The notes beneath the pieces are model-generated. The model worked only from the letters and a program-made list of their open reading frames with translations, made no database searches and was not told the origin of the DNA. Positions 1 to 10,296 of a stretch of 64,000 nucleotides of DNA are shown piece by piece (the first letter of the stretch is position 1; each line of letters starts with the position of its first letter). The DNA comes from an uncultured Pseudohongiella sp. (lineage in GTDB: Bacteria > Pseudomonadota > Gammaproteobacteria > Pseudomonadales > Pseudohongiellaceae). The stretch lies in contig OZ245938.1 in NCBI GenBank assembly GCA_965230125.1, positions 1,613,535 through 1,677,534 on the forward strand, given 5' to 3'. The translations under genes and the position numbers were made by a program.

Positions 1-302
1 ATTTTGCCAACAGTCAGTATCTGGAAGAGCTGATCTTCAAGCTGGTGGCGAAGAAACCCAACCTTGAGCACGTCATCCTGATGTGCACGGCGGTCAACGA
101 GATTGATTTGAGCGCCCTGGATTCGCTGGAAAACATTAACAACACCCTCAAGGAACTGGACATCAAACTGCATTTGTCTGAGGTGAAAGGGCCAATCATG
201 GACCGGCTGGGCAGTACCGGGTTTTTCAAAACCCTGACTGGCAACAACTACCTGAGCCACAATCAGGCGGTGGAAGACTTGCGGGTCAAGGACCCGGTTT
301 AG
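1..302 (+). CDS. SulP-family anion transporter, C-terminal STAS domain (5' end outside window)
   Basis: Frame 3 is open from the window edge to TAG 300-302. The translation FANSQYLEELIFKLVAKKPNLEHVILMCTAVNEIDLSALDSLENINNTLKELDIKLHLSEVKGPIMDRL has the STAS pattern found at SulP C-termini. Confidence 0.75.
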   Translation, partial: FANSQYLEELIFKLVAKKPNLEHVILMCTAVNEIDLSALDSLENINNTLKELDIKLHLSEVKGPIMDRLGSTGFFKTLTGNNYLSHNQAVEDLRVKDPV

Positions 303-333
303 GTCGCGTGAATTGACCGGATAGCTGGTTCGC

Positions 334-1287
334 CTAGGCCGCCCTGGCGATAACCGCTATGTAGCCGAGGTAGCCAGCCAGCAGCAGCGCCCCTTCTCCG
401 CGACTCAGAGTGAAGCCGGTTCGGGCGATGGGTAACAGCACCAGAGCGAAAACCAGCATGGTGCCGAAGTCCACCAGTGAAAACTGTTCACCGGAAATAC
501 TGCCGACCACAGCGGTAACGCCAAGCACGCAAAGAATGTTGAACGTGTTGGAGCCCACCACGTTGCCAATGGCGATATCAGACTGGCGCCGAAAAGCAGC
601 GAGCACCGATGTGGCCAGTTCGGGAATGCTGGTGCCGACCGCCACCAGGGTCAGACCGATGATAGCTTCGCTGATTCCAAGAATCCGCGCCAGAATCACT
701 GCGTTATCCACGAACAGCTGACTGCCGTAAATCAGCAATCCCAGACCAAGCACAACAAATATCACATTGATGAGGGTGCGACCGGGTTGTTGCGGGGTGA
801 TTGCCGACGGCAGATCGAGCGTTTCGCCAGCATCGAATTCACCGCGGCTCTGCCTAAAGCTTAAATACAGATAGGCGAGCAGCCCGATGATCAGCAGGAA
901 ACCGTCCATTCGGTCGACCTCGCCATCCAGCAACAGCAGTCCCAGCAACACCGAGCAGGCAATGACGATGGGAATCTGCTGGCGCACCAGGCTGCGCTCC
1001 ACATGGATCGGCTGGATCATTGCGGTAATCCCCAGGATCAGCCCGATGTTGGCAATATTGGAACCGATCACATTACCCAGCGCCAGAGCACTGAGGTTGT
1101 TGATTGTGGCCTCGACGCTGACCGCCAGTTCCGGGGCGCTGGTGCCGAAAGCAACAATGGTCAGGCCCACCGCCAGCGGTGTGACGCCAAGACGCAGCGC
1201 CAGGCGGCTGGCGCCACCAACGAGCAACTCAGCCCCTGCTCCGAGAAGCAGAAAACCGATCAGTATTAAACCGATGGATGTCAGCAT
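334..1287 (-). CDS. CaCA-family cation/Ca2+ antiporter (YrbG-like)
   Basis: Two alpha-repeat motifs, GTSAPELAVS and GTSIPELATS, lie in a polytopic membrane protein. Start set at ATG 1287 (MLTSIGLILIG...) because the upstream 47 codons of the ORF look non-coding. Confidence 0.85.
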   Translation of the reverse strand: MLTSIGLILIGFLLLGAGAELLVGGASRLALRLGVTPLAVGLTIVAFGTSAPELAVSVEATINNLSALALGNVIGSNIANIGLILGITAMIQPIHVERSLVRQQIPIVIACSVLLGLLLLDGEVDRMDGFLLIIGLLAYLYLSFRQSRGEFDAGETLDLPSAITPQQPGRTLINVIFVVLGLGLLIYGSQLFVDNAVILARILGISEAIIGLTLVAVGTSIPELATSVLAAFRRQSDIAIGNVVGSNTFNILCVLGVTAVVGSISGEQFSLVDFGTMLVFALVLLPIARTGFTLSRGEGALLLAGYLGYIAVIARAA

Positions 1288-1375
1288 GAATAGTCCGCGA
1301 AATGCAGTGGCCCGCACCTGAAAGTGCGTCGGTAACCACTCGCCTGATGTGTGTAAAAGAACGTAAAAATGGTGC

Positions 1376-3409
1376 TCAGGAGGTAACAGCTTCCGGTGAA
1401 TTGCTGGCTGCCATACGTTTCTGAACAATTATGATGGTTGCCAGGATTCCGACACCGATCAAGTGGAAATACAGGGGAAACGGCGTCCACATCAGCAGCC
1501 CGGCGCTGAGCAGCAGTCCCGCAGCGATGGGGATGTTGATCCGCGTCTCAAGATGCCACTGTAACAGCCCTGACAAGGCATACAATCCCATGCTCGCCCA
1601 GAAAAACACTTCCAGACGCTCCGGCCAGGTTCCGGAGATTAGCGGCGAATAGGCAAACAGCACCGGGATGAGATACAGGCCTTTGGCGACCTTCCAGCTG
1701 GTCAGTCCGGTGGCCATGGCCCGGGTTCCGGCGATGCCGGCCGCGGCAAATGAGGCCAGGCACACCGGTGGCGTGACGTTGCTGTCCTGGGATAACCAGA
1801 AAATCACCAGATGGGCACTGAGCAGCATGCCGGTCAGCAGCTGCGGGTCGAGCATTTCCTGGCGGATAAGCTGTTTCATGGCCAGCGGCATTTGCTCCAG
1901 CGCCGCGGCCGTGCCGCCTTCAAACAAACTCAGGGTCGCTGCCACGTTCTGCGGCAGGCTGCCCTCGGAAATGGCCATCTGAATCGACTGCAGCAGCGCG
2001 GCCTGACTGATCAGGTCGAAGATCAGCGGCGCCGACAGCGTCGCCAGTACGATATAGGACGCGGTCACTGGCAAGCCCATACCGAGAACCAGGGAAGCCA
2101 GGGCCACCAGAATCAGCGTGATCAGCAGACTGCCATCGGCCCATTCGACGATCATCAGGGAGAACGCATTACCGACGCCAGTAGTGGTGACCACATTAAT
2201 GATGATACCGACGGCAACCAGGAGCAGGGCGGTGGATACCATGGTCTGCACGCCCTCCACCACGGCGTCGAAGATGTCCGGCAGTCGCATCGGATTTTTG
2301 GACAGCCAGGAAGCCACTATCACACTGAGGATGGCGAAGGCTGCAGACGTGGTCGGTGTGCGCCCGACGACCAGAAAACTCACCAGCACGGTCATGGGGA
2401 TAATAAAATGCCAGCCTTCCTTGAGAACCGTACTTACCTTTTCAGTCTCACCGATGGCGGTGGGCCGCAGTCCCAGGCGCTTGGCTTCAATACGCACGAA
2501 AAAGGACACGGTCAGGAAATAAAGTATCGCCGGCAGCGTTGAGGCCGCGATAATGGTTAGATAGGAGATCTGCGTGTAGCTGGCCAGGACAAAGGCACCT
2601 GCCCCCATTACCGGTGGCATCAGCGCGCCGCCGGTGGAGGCAGCCGCTACCACGCCTGCGGAAAACTGACCTTCAAAGCCTGACTTCTTCATCATCGGAA
2701 TGGTAATGACACCGGTGGACACGGTATTGGCCACTGCCGAACCGGATACCGAACCCATCAGGCCAGAGCCGATCACCGCCACCAGTCCGGCACCGCCAGT
2801 GAAGCGGCCGGCCAGGCAATGAGCCAGGCGAACAATAAAATCGCCGGCACCCGAGCGCAGCAGAAATGATCCAAAGATAATGAACATGAACACGAAGGTG
2901 GCGCTGATATTCGCGGTCAGGCCGAACATGCCTTCGCTGGTGAAGAAAGACCGGTACAGTACTGTTTCCAGACTCAGGCCAGGAAACGAAAACACGCCCG
3001 GAATATAGCGTCCCAGAAACAGGATGTAGGATAGGCTTACCAGGATCAGTATGGGCATGAACCAACCGGTGGTGCGCCGGGTGAATTCAATAGCCAGACC
3101 AATCGCGACCAGGGAGAACAGGTAGTCGCTGAAGATGTATTCAGTTTCCCGCGCGTAAAGCGCGTTCTCAAACAGAATCAGGTAGACGGAGGTGAGCACT
3201 GCAATCAGCGCCAGGCCGACATTGATCCAGTATTTAGGTGAGCGTGTGGAGACGTCGTCGGACTCATTGGCAATCAGCGCGCACAGGGCACAGAAGCCGC
3301 CAAAGTGGATAGCCGACAGCCACAGCTCGGAGATGCTGGCGAAGACGTTGCAGTAAATATGAAACAGCGCAAACAGGAACGCTGCCCATCGCAAATAGAT
3401 TGATCGCAT
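1376..3409 (-). CDS. TRAP transporter, fused permease subunit (TAXI-type system)
   Basis: A 677-aa highly hydrophobic protein with many TM segments. Its start shares one nucleotide with the stop of the upstream TAXI binding-protein gene (TGATG at 3407-3411). Confidence 0.85.
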   Translation of the reverse strand: MRSIYLRWAAFLFALFHIYCNVFASISELWLSAIHFGGFCALCALIANESDDVSTRSPKYWINVGLALIAVLTSVYLILFENALYARETEYIFSDYLFSLVAIGLAIEFTRRTTGWFMPILILVSLSYILFLGRYIPGVFSFPGLSLETVLYRSFFTSEGMFGLTANISATFVFMFIIFGSFLLRSGAGDFIVRLAHCLAGRFTGGAGLVAVIGSGLMGSVSGSAVANTVSTGVITIPMMKKSGFEGQFSAGVVAAASTGGALMPPVMGAGAFVLASYTQISYLTIIAASTLPAILYFLTVSFFVRIEAKRLGLRPTAIGETEKVSTVLKEGWHFIIPMTVLVSFLVVGRTPTTSAAFAILSVIVASWLSKNPMRLPDIFDAVVEGVQTMVSTALLLVAVGIIINVVTTTGVGNAFSLMIVEWADGSLLITLILVALASLVLGMGLPVTASYIVLATLSAPLIFDLISQAALLQSIQMAISEGSLPQNVAATLSLFEGGTAAALEQMPLAMKQLIRQEMLDPQLLTGMLLSAHLVIFWLSQDSNVTPPVCLASFAAAGIAGTRAMATGLTSWKVAKGLYLIPVLFAYSPLISGTWPERLEVFFWASMGLYALSGLLQWHLETRINIPIAAGLLLSAGLLMWTPFPLYFHLIGVGILATIIIVQKRMAASNSPEAVTS

Positions 3410-4551
3410 CAGGGAGCGCTCGTTGCGTCGCTGGCCGGGTCATCAGCTGATCCACCCGCCGGTTCTGCAACCAAAGTTGAGGGTTCTTCCATGATCAGGC
3501 GGTCGGGGATTTCCAGTCCGACCTCCCGGTAGTAACGCAGGGCTCCGGCATGCAATGGTGCACCCAGTCCGGCGACAGCGATTTCCAGACGCATGTCACG
3601 GGTAGCGCCGTGTATTTCCTGCAGGGTAGCCAGATTCTCCCATATAACCTTGGTGATGCTGTACACCACGGATTCGGGAATATCGGCGCGCGTCACCAGG
3701 ACATTGGGTGAGGCCACAGTGCGAATCAGCTCATCCTGGTTGGGGTAGGTATCCGGGGGAAATTCGTACCAGTCCCACAGCGGGTAGCGGGAATTGATGC
3801 GGTCCAGGGATTCCTGGGTCCAGTTGAGGATAGTCATACGGTCGCCCAATAGCGCATAGGCCTGGGTAATCGAACTGACCGGCGCACCCGCGGGAATGTT
3901 CATGCCGACGATGTTGCCGTCCTGGATAGCGCTGGTGGTCGGACCGTAGCCCATGTAGGCAAGATTGAATTTTTCCTGGTAGTTGATACCCAGGGTATCG
4001 AGGATAAAGCGACCAGTTTGTTCGGCTCCGGAGTTGCGCGCTCCCAGCACGTAGCGCTCGCCATCGAGATTGGCAAGATCGTCCATGGTCCCGGTTTCGG
4101 TCAGCCGGGTCAGCAGCACGAAGTGCTCAACGTTTTGCCACATCGCAGCAACACTGCGCATGTGGGTTTGCGGATTGCTGACCGGGCCTTCGCCGGCCCA
4201 GGACCAGGCGCCGAACGGTCCCTGCAACAGTGCAAACTGCGCCTGGTTATCGCGCAGCAGTTTGACGTTTTCCAGCGAGCCGGCTGAGCTGATGGCGGTC
4301 AGGGAAATCCCTTCGGAATCGGCGAGCTGGGCGTGGGCTATGGTAGCCAGGGCGACGCCTACCGGGTAATAGGTGCCTCCGGTAGTCGCCGTGGTCAGCA
4401 CGTAGGGCCGGGCCCGATTCAACTGGTCGCCGCAGCTGCTAACCAGCAGGGCCAGCAGCAGGGTAGCAAGGGCAGCAAGCATTCTGCGCGTGGCAGGCAC
4501 GAGGGGCTTGGTGAGGGTAATGGGCATGGAGAATCCGCTAAAGCTGGACAT
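3409..4551 (-). CDS. TAXI-family TRAP transporter solute-binding protein
   Basis: Lipobox LLVSSCG followed by TTATTGGTYYPVGVALA, which is characteristic of TAXI receptors. Start is uncertain: ATG 4551, TTG 4560 or internal Met codons. Confidence 0.8.
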   Translation of the reverse strand: MSSFSGFSMPITLTKPLVPATRRMLAALATLLLALLVSSCGDQLNRARPYVLTTATTGGTYYPVGVALATIAHAQLADSEGISLTAISSAGSLENVKLLRDNQAQFALLQGPFGAWSWAGEGPVSNPQTHMRSVAAMWQNVEHFVLLTRLTETGTMDDLANLDGERYVLGARNSGAEQTGRFILDTLGINYQEKFNLAYMGYGPTTSAIQDGNIVGMNIPAGAPVSSITQAYALLGDRMTILNWTQESLDRINSRYPLWDWYEFPPDTYPNQDELIRTVASPNVLVTRADIPESVVYSITKVIWENLATLQEIHGATRDMRLEIAVAGLGAPLHAGALRYYREVGLEIPDRLIMEEPSTLVAEPAGGSADDPASDATSAP

Positions 4552-4929
4552 AGGTTGCAAGTCAGGGCGTGTCGCCGGCAGTGCTTGTGTTTGTTATTAG
4601 CCCGGCAGACGGAAGCGTCTGGAAACGAGTCCGGGAGTGGTTCTTTATAGCTCGAATTGTTCCTGCCCGGAACCTGGGCCCGGGTTGGGTATTGCTCCTG
4701 GTCAGCTTCGGGCGGCGGGTTGCAAGTGATTGAATTGGGGCGGAAAAACCGCAGCAACCCAAGCGTCGAAAGCTGATCGATGAAAGCATATTTGTCGACA
4801 AAGAACAATCACCTCCAGGCTGGGGGCCGGGTGTATTGGTCTGGGGTCTGGGGCTCGGATCCGGGTCTCGAATCAGAGTCCTGGAGCAGGCTGTTATTCC
4901 TGACGGTTGCTCAGCATGAGGCTGGCGAG

Positions 4930-5172
4930 CTACTTGTTGCGATCAGCACCGAGAGTATCCCGGGCATTACCAGACAGGGATTTTTCTTCGTCCAGTTTGT
5001 TGATCAGCACACCGGCCCCGCCCAGCACTGATATACCGGTGGTGACACCCACGATCAGGGCGATGCGCAGAAACATGTTGATCTCAATGCCGGTCATTCG
5101 ATAGCCCACCTCGGCGATCACATTGACCAGAACGAACGCGATGCCAAAGGTAACCCAGACAATTTTTTTCAT
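4930..5172 (-). CDS. small hypothetical membrane protein (80 aa)
   Basis: ATG 5172 gives MKKIVWVTFGIAFVLVNVIAEV... with two hydrophobic helices. Same strand as, and 47 bp downstream of, the FG-GAP gene. No recognisable family. Confidence 0.35.
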   Translation of the reverse strand: MKKIVWVTFGIAFVLVNVIAEVGYRMTGIEINMFLRIALIVGVTTGISVLGGAGVLINKLDEEKSLSGNARDTLGADRNK

Positions 5173-5218
5173 AGCGATCTCAGTGGCGCGAGTGAAGAAG
5201 GCGGATGATGACCAGAAC

Positions 5219-6895
5219 TCACTTCGAGAGTAACAGCAATCCCCGAATGGCACTACCGTCAAAATCCTGAAACACAAACAGGTCATCGACGTTATCGCTG
5301 TTCAGCCGGACGGGAATAATGTCGCCGGTGATCAGGCTGCTGTCGAGGTTGATCTGCTGGTCTGCCGAGCGATCCTGAACCGCCGTAAGCTGCGCCGTGC
5401 CGCTGACATCTACATTGTCGATAATCTTCCGAATATCGATTTCGTAGTCGTCACGATCACGGCTGTAGCCCAGTGAGCCAAGGAAATTGTCCTGATCGGC
5501 TTCGGGCCTGACGCTGTCGAAAAAAACATCCACCCGATCTTCCATTAGTACCAGCAAATCCTGGATTTCAGCATCCCCGTCAAGCGACGCGGGTCGGTGC
5601 GGCGGGATGTCCCCGGCCCGCAGCCCATCCGCGGCGCTGTTCAAATCCTGATAGGCAGTGGCCAGCCGCACTACCGAAGGAAAACGCAGGTTAACTGTAA
5701 CCCGCCGCGTGGGTCGGCGCGCAAAACGCTCACCGTCATTGGGATAGATGAAGGCTTCGATAGCGATATTGCCCGACAAGGCCAGCCAGACGAACAGATC
5801 GCCCACGGATATGGTTTCCACCCGCCACAGCCACAGGTCTTTCAGTCCATCTTCATTTTCATCGTAGAGAAACGTGCTCAGAACATTGCCGCCGGAACGC
5901 AATACCTGTCGCGGCTGCTCAAGGTCCATGCCGGTAGGGGTGCCGCCAAAGAATGACACCTTACCCCCTTCCCGTAATAGCAGATCCTCGATGCCGTCAT
6001 TGTCGACGTCTTCCAGGATCTCCTCGTGGGTTAGCGCCAGCACGCCGGTCAGGTTGGAAAAATCCAGATTATCGACGTCGAATTCACCAAGGCGCTCTTC
6101 AATCTCGGCGATATCCAGACTATAGCTGGGCACGCTCGGGAAATAGTTGTTGTCGCTATTGGCCAAAAAGACATTCAGCGACTCATCAGTACGCGAAATC
6201 AGGTCGTTACTGCCGTCACTGTTGACATCACGCAGTTCCAGGCGCGGAATGCGTACTGCCTGGCCAGCGGAGCGGTTGAAGCGATTATTGCTCAGGCTGG
6301 TGCGCAGCTGCATTTCTGACTGCACTCTCAGCGGTGCCTGATAGTCGCCGCTATTGCTGCGAATCAGAATATGCAGCACGCCAGCGCCAGGTACCACCAG
6401 GTCTTCCAGGCCATCGCCGTTAACGTCCTGGGAAAAACGCAGGCGGTTGACGCCGCGCATCAGGAATCCGGGCAGGTTCACGGCCAGGGTAACCGGCTCC
6501 TGAAGCTGCTGCCCGGCTATCGGCCAGGCCCGGGCCTCGCGCCCGTCGAGCAGGGTAATGATGGCCGCACTGCCGTCAGTGCTGTAGCCCGAACTGATAT
6601 CCCAGCCAACAGCTGGCGATTCCAGTGGGATATCCACAAAGCCCGACTCAAAATTGAAGCCGCTGTCATTGCTAGCTGGATTATCCCCGCCGGTGCGGTG
6701 GAGATACACTCGCAGGCGATTGTCGATGACGGTAATGAGATCCCGAAAACCATCAGCATTTACATCGGCGACTACCAATGACTCGGTGTCAGCTGGGAGC
6801 TCGAAACGTTGCTGCCGGTAGTCCGCGGCAATGGCCGCAGCGGAGAACAGCAACAGACCGGCGAGCAGCCAGGAATTTTCCTTGCATCGCCTCAT
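5219..6895 (-). CDS. secreted FG-GAP/VCBS repeat (integrin-like beta-propeller) protein
   Basis: Signal peptide (LLLFSAAAIAADY). Repeated Ca-binding-like loops DVNADGFRD, DVNGDGLED, DVNSDGSND, DVDNDGIED, ENEDGLKD. ATGA start/stop overlap with the upstream paralog at 6892-6895. Confidence 0.7.
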   Translation of the reverse strand: MRRCKENSWLLAGLLLFSAAAIAADYRQQRFELPADTESLVVADVNADGFRDLITVIDNRLRVYLHRTGGDNPASNDSGFNFESGFVDIPLESPAVGWDISSGYSTDGSAAIITLLDGREARAWPIAGQQLQEPVTLAVNLPGFLMRGVNRLRFSQDVNGDGLEDLVVPGAGVLHILIRSNSGDYQAPLRVQSEMQLRTSLSNNRFNRSAGQAVRIPRLELRDVNSDGSNDLISRTDESLNVFLANSDNNYFPSVPSYSLDIAEIEERLGEFDVDNLDFSNLTGVLALTHEEILEDVDNDGIEDLLLREGGKVSFFGGTPTGMDLEQPRQVLRSGGNVLSTFLYDENEDGLKDLWLWRVETISVGDLFVWLALSGNIAIEAFIYPNDGERFARRPTRRVTVNLRFPSVVRLATAYQDLNSAADGLRAGDIPPHRPASLDGDAEIQDLLVLMEDRVDVFFDSVRPEADQDNFLGSLGYSRDRDDYEIDIRKIIDNVDVSGTAQLTAVQDRSADQQINLDSSLITGDIIPVRLNSDNVDDLFVFQDFDGSAIRGLLLLSK

Positions 6896-8487
6896 GGTCG
6901 CGCCACCAGAAAAGTTGTCGTGGTGCCATGACGCAGCATCAGGTCCGGGCGGTCGTCGTCATTCAGCGCCAGGACTTCGAACTCAAATACACTGCGCGGC
7001 GAGACGTACTCCCAGAATGGTTCGGTGGCGATTTGCAGATTCTCATCTATGCGGCGTGCTGCCAGAGTCCCGTTCTCGGTGATATAAAGTGCGTCGTTAT
7101 GCCCATCGCCATCGACATCGTAGCGCAGTGACATTTGCTCAGCTAAACCACGGACGTTGGCCGCGGAAAAACTTTCTTCCAGGCGCGAGTCGGGACGGCG
7201 ACTGAACAGCTCATCGGTGCCCGGCGAATTGCCGCGATACAGCAGTTGAATGCGATTAATGCTGGCGTTGCGGATCGCGTCCACCACCGGGATTGTGTAG
7301 TAGCTGGCATTTAAGGCTGGCGTACCGTCCGCTGCGGCGATAATGTCCACCCGCAGGTCGTAGCCGGAAAAGCGCAGCACCTGATTCGGTGCGTCCAGAC
7401 GGAACTGCCCGTCCTGGTTGCGATACAGACGTACCGTCCAGTCGCTGCCATCGTCGCTGACCCGCAGCAGGTCATCCAGACCATCGCCATCCAGGTCGGT
7501 CAGCTGCAAGTCCCCGCTGGAGTCAAAGGACTGCGACCAGTCGGGATCGCCACTGAAGCCGCTGTCCGCATTCTGGAAATGCACGTGCATTTGCCCCAGC
7601 CCGTTGTCGCCAGCATTAATATAAGTGATATCCGCCAGTCCGTCGGCATTCAGTTGCGCCAGGGTCGCGGTCGGCATCCACTGCTCGTCATCCAGCAGGG
7701 CAGCAGCTTCGTCCTGGTTCGGCCATTGCTCGACAAAACCCTGGAAAGGCGTTGGAGTTTCCACGCGCAGCGCAATCTGCACCCCGCTTTCTGCATTGAT
7801 GGCAAGCTGTCCTTCAAGGTCACCGCGCTGGCTACGCCGCTGAATCGGGGTGAGGTCGGCGTTAACTGTAGAAAACACCTGCTGCCGCTGGAACTGCTCT
7901 TCGCCGCTGCCGAGAAAAACGCCATACTCATCATCACCGGGCACCAGCATGTCGATCTGTCCATCGTTGTTAATATCCAGTAGATGATTTACAAAACGGA
8001 CGCTTTCCAGGTCGGGGATGGTAGCCAGGTAGTCCCATTGTGTCAGCAGCTTAAGGTTGTCGGTATATCCTTCGCGGGTAGTGCTGAGACTGAAAATACC
8101 GCTATTGGCGAACAGAACCAGTTCCTCCCCGGGGTCTGAGCGCAGGTCAGCGAAACCCACGGCGATAATCTCGGTTTTGATTTCCACCCGCTGCGGGTCC
8201 GGATTGAAATTGCCGTTTGCTTGCTGGTGATAGATGTGCAGTTCGCGACCCAGCCCGGGTTGATAGCCCGACGAGACTATATCCAGGCGTCCATCACCAT
8301 TCATGTCTTCCAGGCGCAGTGGCGCCCAGTTGTCCGCGCGGCGCAGTTCAAAAGACGTGTAGTTTTCCTGAGCAGCTACGGGCAGACAGCAACCGAGCAT
8401 CAGGCTGGCAATCAGCCAGGGCTTGGCGCTGCGTGTTGCGCTCAGGAGTGCGTTGTTAATCGAGCCGAGAGCTGCGCTGTGTGTCAT
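6892..8487 (-). CDS. secreted FG-GAP/VCBS repeat protein (paralog of 5219-6895)
   Basis: Signal peptide (LMLGCCLPVAAQE). Loops DMNGDGRLD, DINNDGQID, LNADGLAD, DLDGDGLDD, DVDGDGHND. Confidence 0.7.
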   Translation of the reverse strand: MTHSAALGSINNALLSATRSAKPWLIASLMLGCCLPVAAQENYTSFELRRADNWAPLRLEDMNGDGRLDIVSSGYQPGLGRELHIYHQQANGNFNPDPQRVEIKTEIIAVGFADLRSDPGEELVLFANSGIFSLSTTREGYTDNLKLLTQWDYLATIPDLESVRFVNHLLDINNDGQIDMLVPGDDEYGVFLGSGEEQFQRQQVFSTVNADLTPIQRRSQRGDLEGQLAINAESGVQIALRVETPTPFQGFVEQWPNQDEAAALLDDEQWMPTATLAQLNADGLADITYINAGDNGLGQMHVHFQNADSGFSGDPDWSQSFDSSGDLQLTDLDGDGLDDLLRVSDDGSDWTVRLYRNQDGQFRLDAPNQVLRFSGYDLRVDIIAAADGTPALNASYYTIPVVDAIRNASINRIQLLYRGNSPGTDELFSRRPDSRLEESFSAANVRGLAEQMSLRYDVDGDGHNDALYITENGTLAARRIDENLQIATEPFWEYVSPRSVFEFEVLALNDDDRPDLMLRHGTTTTFLVARP

Positions 8488-8497
8488 TGCTCTACCA

Positions 8498-9442
8498 TCA
8501 TTCTTCTACCAGTTCACCGACATCGCTGCTGAAATTGATAAGTCCGAGAATGCTGTGGGAGCGTTCTTCTTCCACCTGGCGGAAACTGTAAACCGAGAAC
8601 AGCCACAAATCGAGCAGGGAGAAGCTACGGCTTTCCGGGCTCAACGCGCTTTCGTAGCGCAGCAGCGGCCAGAAAGAAACGCGGCTGATGCGGCGCCCGG
8701 GGTCCCACAGAGACACGGTAACCTGGTCGATAGATTGATCGCGATACACAGTGAAGCTGACCTCGCTGCCCAGCTCGTGGTCACGATTCAGTCGGGTAAC
8801 CAGGTCCTGCGCAGAATTCAGGTAGCTGCCATTCAGTGCCAGTATCAGGTCGCCCACATTAATACCGGCTCCCGGCAATGGGCTTTCCGGGAAGAATCCG
8901 GTGACCTCGGCGGCAGCAACGGACCCTCGTGACGCAATGTCAACCAGCGTGGTGGTGAAGCCAGCCCGGGTGGCCAGTGGATCAACTCGATACAGCTCGA
9001 TGGGCGCTGGATTTTCAATCACCTGTCTGGCAATAACCGTGGCCTCGAAACCAGTAGTGCCGCGGCGCAGGGTGAAGCTGAACTGGTTGCTGTCACCAGT
9101 CTGCTGCAGGGCAAGGACGGCGTCGGGCTGATTGATCGCCAGGTCGTTGATCCGCAAAATGACGTCGCCCACCTGGATGCCAGCCGCCGCGGCGGGACCG
9201 CCGGGCACTACCTGACGCACTACTACTCCAGGCAGTACCTCAACATTGAACAGGGAATCGCTCTCGTTGCGGCTGACATCAAGACCAAAGTCCAGCCTGG
9301 CGTCTGCTGCGGATCCGGTATTGCGCAGGGTCACCTGTTCCGGTGACAGGGTAATTTCCGGCACCAGTACAGCCGGGGCGTAGCTGACACAACCGGCCAG
9401 CCCGCAGTTAGCGACGATCATTATTGCGCGGAACAGCTTCAT
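8498..9442 (-). CDS. lipoprotein with two PDZ domains
   Basis: Lipobox GLAGC. Two PDZ-like segments: GGPAAAAGIQVGDVILRINDLAI and PLPGAGINVGDLILALNGSYL. ATGA overlap with the ABC-2 permease gene at 9439-9442. Confidence 0.7.
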   Translation of the reverse strand: MKLFRAIMIVANCGLAGCVSYAPAVLVPEITLSPEQVTLRNTGSAADARLDFGLDVSRNESDSLFNVEVLPGVVVRQVVPGGPAAAAGIQVGDVILRINDLAINQPDAVLALQQTGDSNQFSFTLRRGTTGFEATVIARQVIENPAPIELYRVDPLATRAGFTTTLVDIASRGSVAAAEVTGFFPESPLPGAGINVGDLILALNGSYLNSAQDLVTRLNRDHELGSEVSFTVYRDQSIDQVTVSLWDPGRRISRVSFWPLLRYESALSPESRSFSLLDLWLFSVYSFRQVEEERSHSILGLINFSSDVGELVEE

Positions 9443-10296
9443 AATTTTCTCAGTCGCACGATTAGCAGCGCCAGGACAACGAATAGTGTCATTGCCGGCC
9501 AGGGTACCCAGGTATTCAGTTGCAGCAGGCGCTCGTCCACCAGGACATCCGAGTAACCGCGCACCAGCCTGCCGACATCCTGCAGATAGGACTGGTCGAG
9601 CAGTGACGGCTGAAAGCGGGCATACAGATAATTGGCGCTACTGCCCAGCATGCCCTTGAAGATATCCATGGCCAGGGTGATGCCCAGCGCGCCGGTCACT
9701 GCGCTGGTGGCCGAATTGGCGACCACCGAAACCAGAACCCCCAGGGCAATTGCCGCTGGCAGTGGCAGCAGTGCCAGACGCAGGCCCAGAGCGATCTCCT
9801 CGCGAATTTCCTGTTCGCCAATCAGTTCGAAACCGTCTTCAACCACGGGCCCGAACTCCCAGAGACTGCCGCTCAGGAAGTAGCAAACCGCTGTTAGTAA
9901 AACAATAGCAAGCACTGCCAGGAGATGGAAATAGATCAGTTTTGCCACTACCAGCGCAGGACGACTGACCCGGCGTATCAACAGGTGGCGCAAGGCGCCG
10001 GTATCGCGATCAAAGCTGAAGCTGTAAGCGGAAAGAGCGACCAGCAGCAGTCCCAGCAAGGTTAGGCCGGTGCTCAGGCCGTCGACAAAATAACCCCAGG
10101 CGTTACTGGTCAATGCCTGGTCAAAGCTATTTTGTCCTAACAAATTATCTCTGGCTTCGGTGCCGGCAGCGGTCAGCCGGGTCAGAAAATATTGCAGTGC
10201 GACCAGCAGCGCAGGTGTGACTATCACCAGCTTGCTGCCCAGAGTGTGCAGGCCGACATGAAGCTCTGAGCGCAGTGCCACCAGCACCCCGTTCAT
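9439..10296 (-). CDS. ABC-2 type transporter permease
   Basis: A 285-aa protein with about six TM helices, a large first loop and ABC-2-like topology. ATGA overlap with the ATPase gene at 10293-10296. Confidence 0.75.
   Translation of the reverse strand: MNGVLVALRSELHVGLHTLGSKLVIVTPALLVALQYFLTRLTAAGTEARDNLLGQNSFDQALTSNAWGYFVDGLSTGLTLLGLLLVALSAYSFSFDRDTGALRHLLIRRVSRPALVVAKLIYFHLLAVLAIVLLTAVCYFLSGSLWEFGPVVEDGFELIGEQEIREEIALGLRLALLPLPAAIALGVLVSVVANSATSAVTGALGITLAMDIFKGMLGSSANYLYARFQPSLLDQSYLQDVGRLVRGYSDVLVDERLLQLNTWVPWPAMTLFVVLALLIVRLRKL

Noticed and set aside
4561-4929. A 370-bp spacer upstream of the TRAP operon with G-rich repeats (TCTGGGG x2) and a near-palindrome AACCTGGGCCCGGGTT, considered as a riboswitch or sRNA.
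   Set aside because: I could recognise no known riboswitch consensus. The structures are short and have no terminator-like T tract, so evidence is insufficient.
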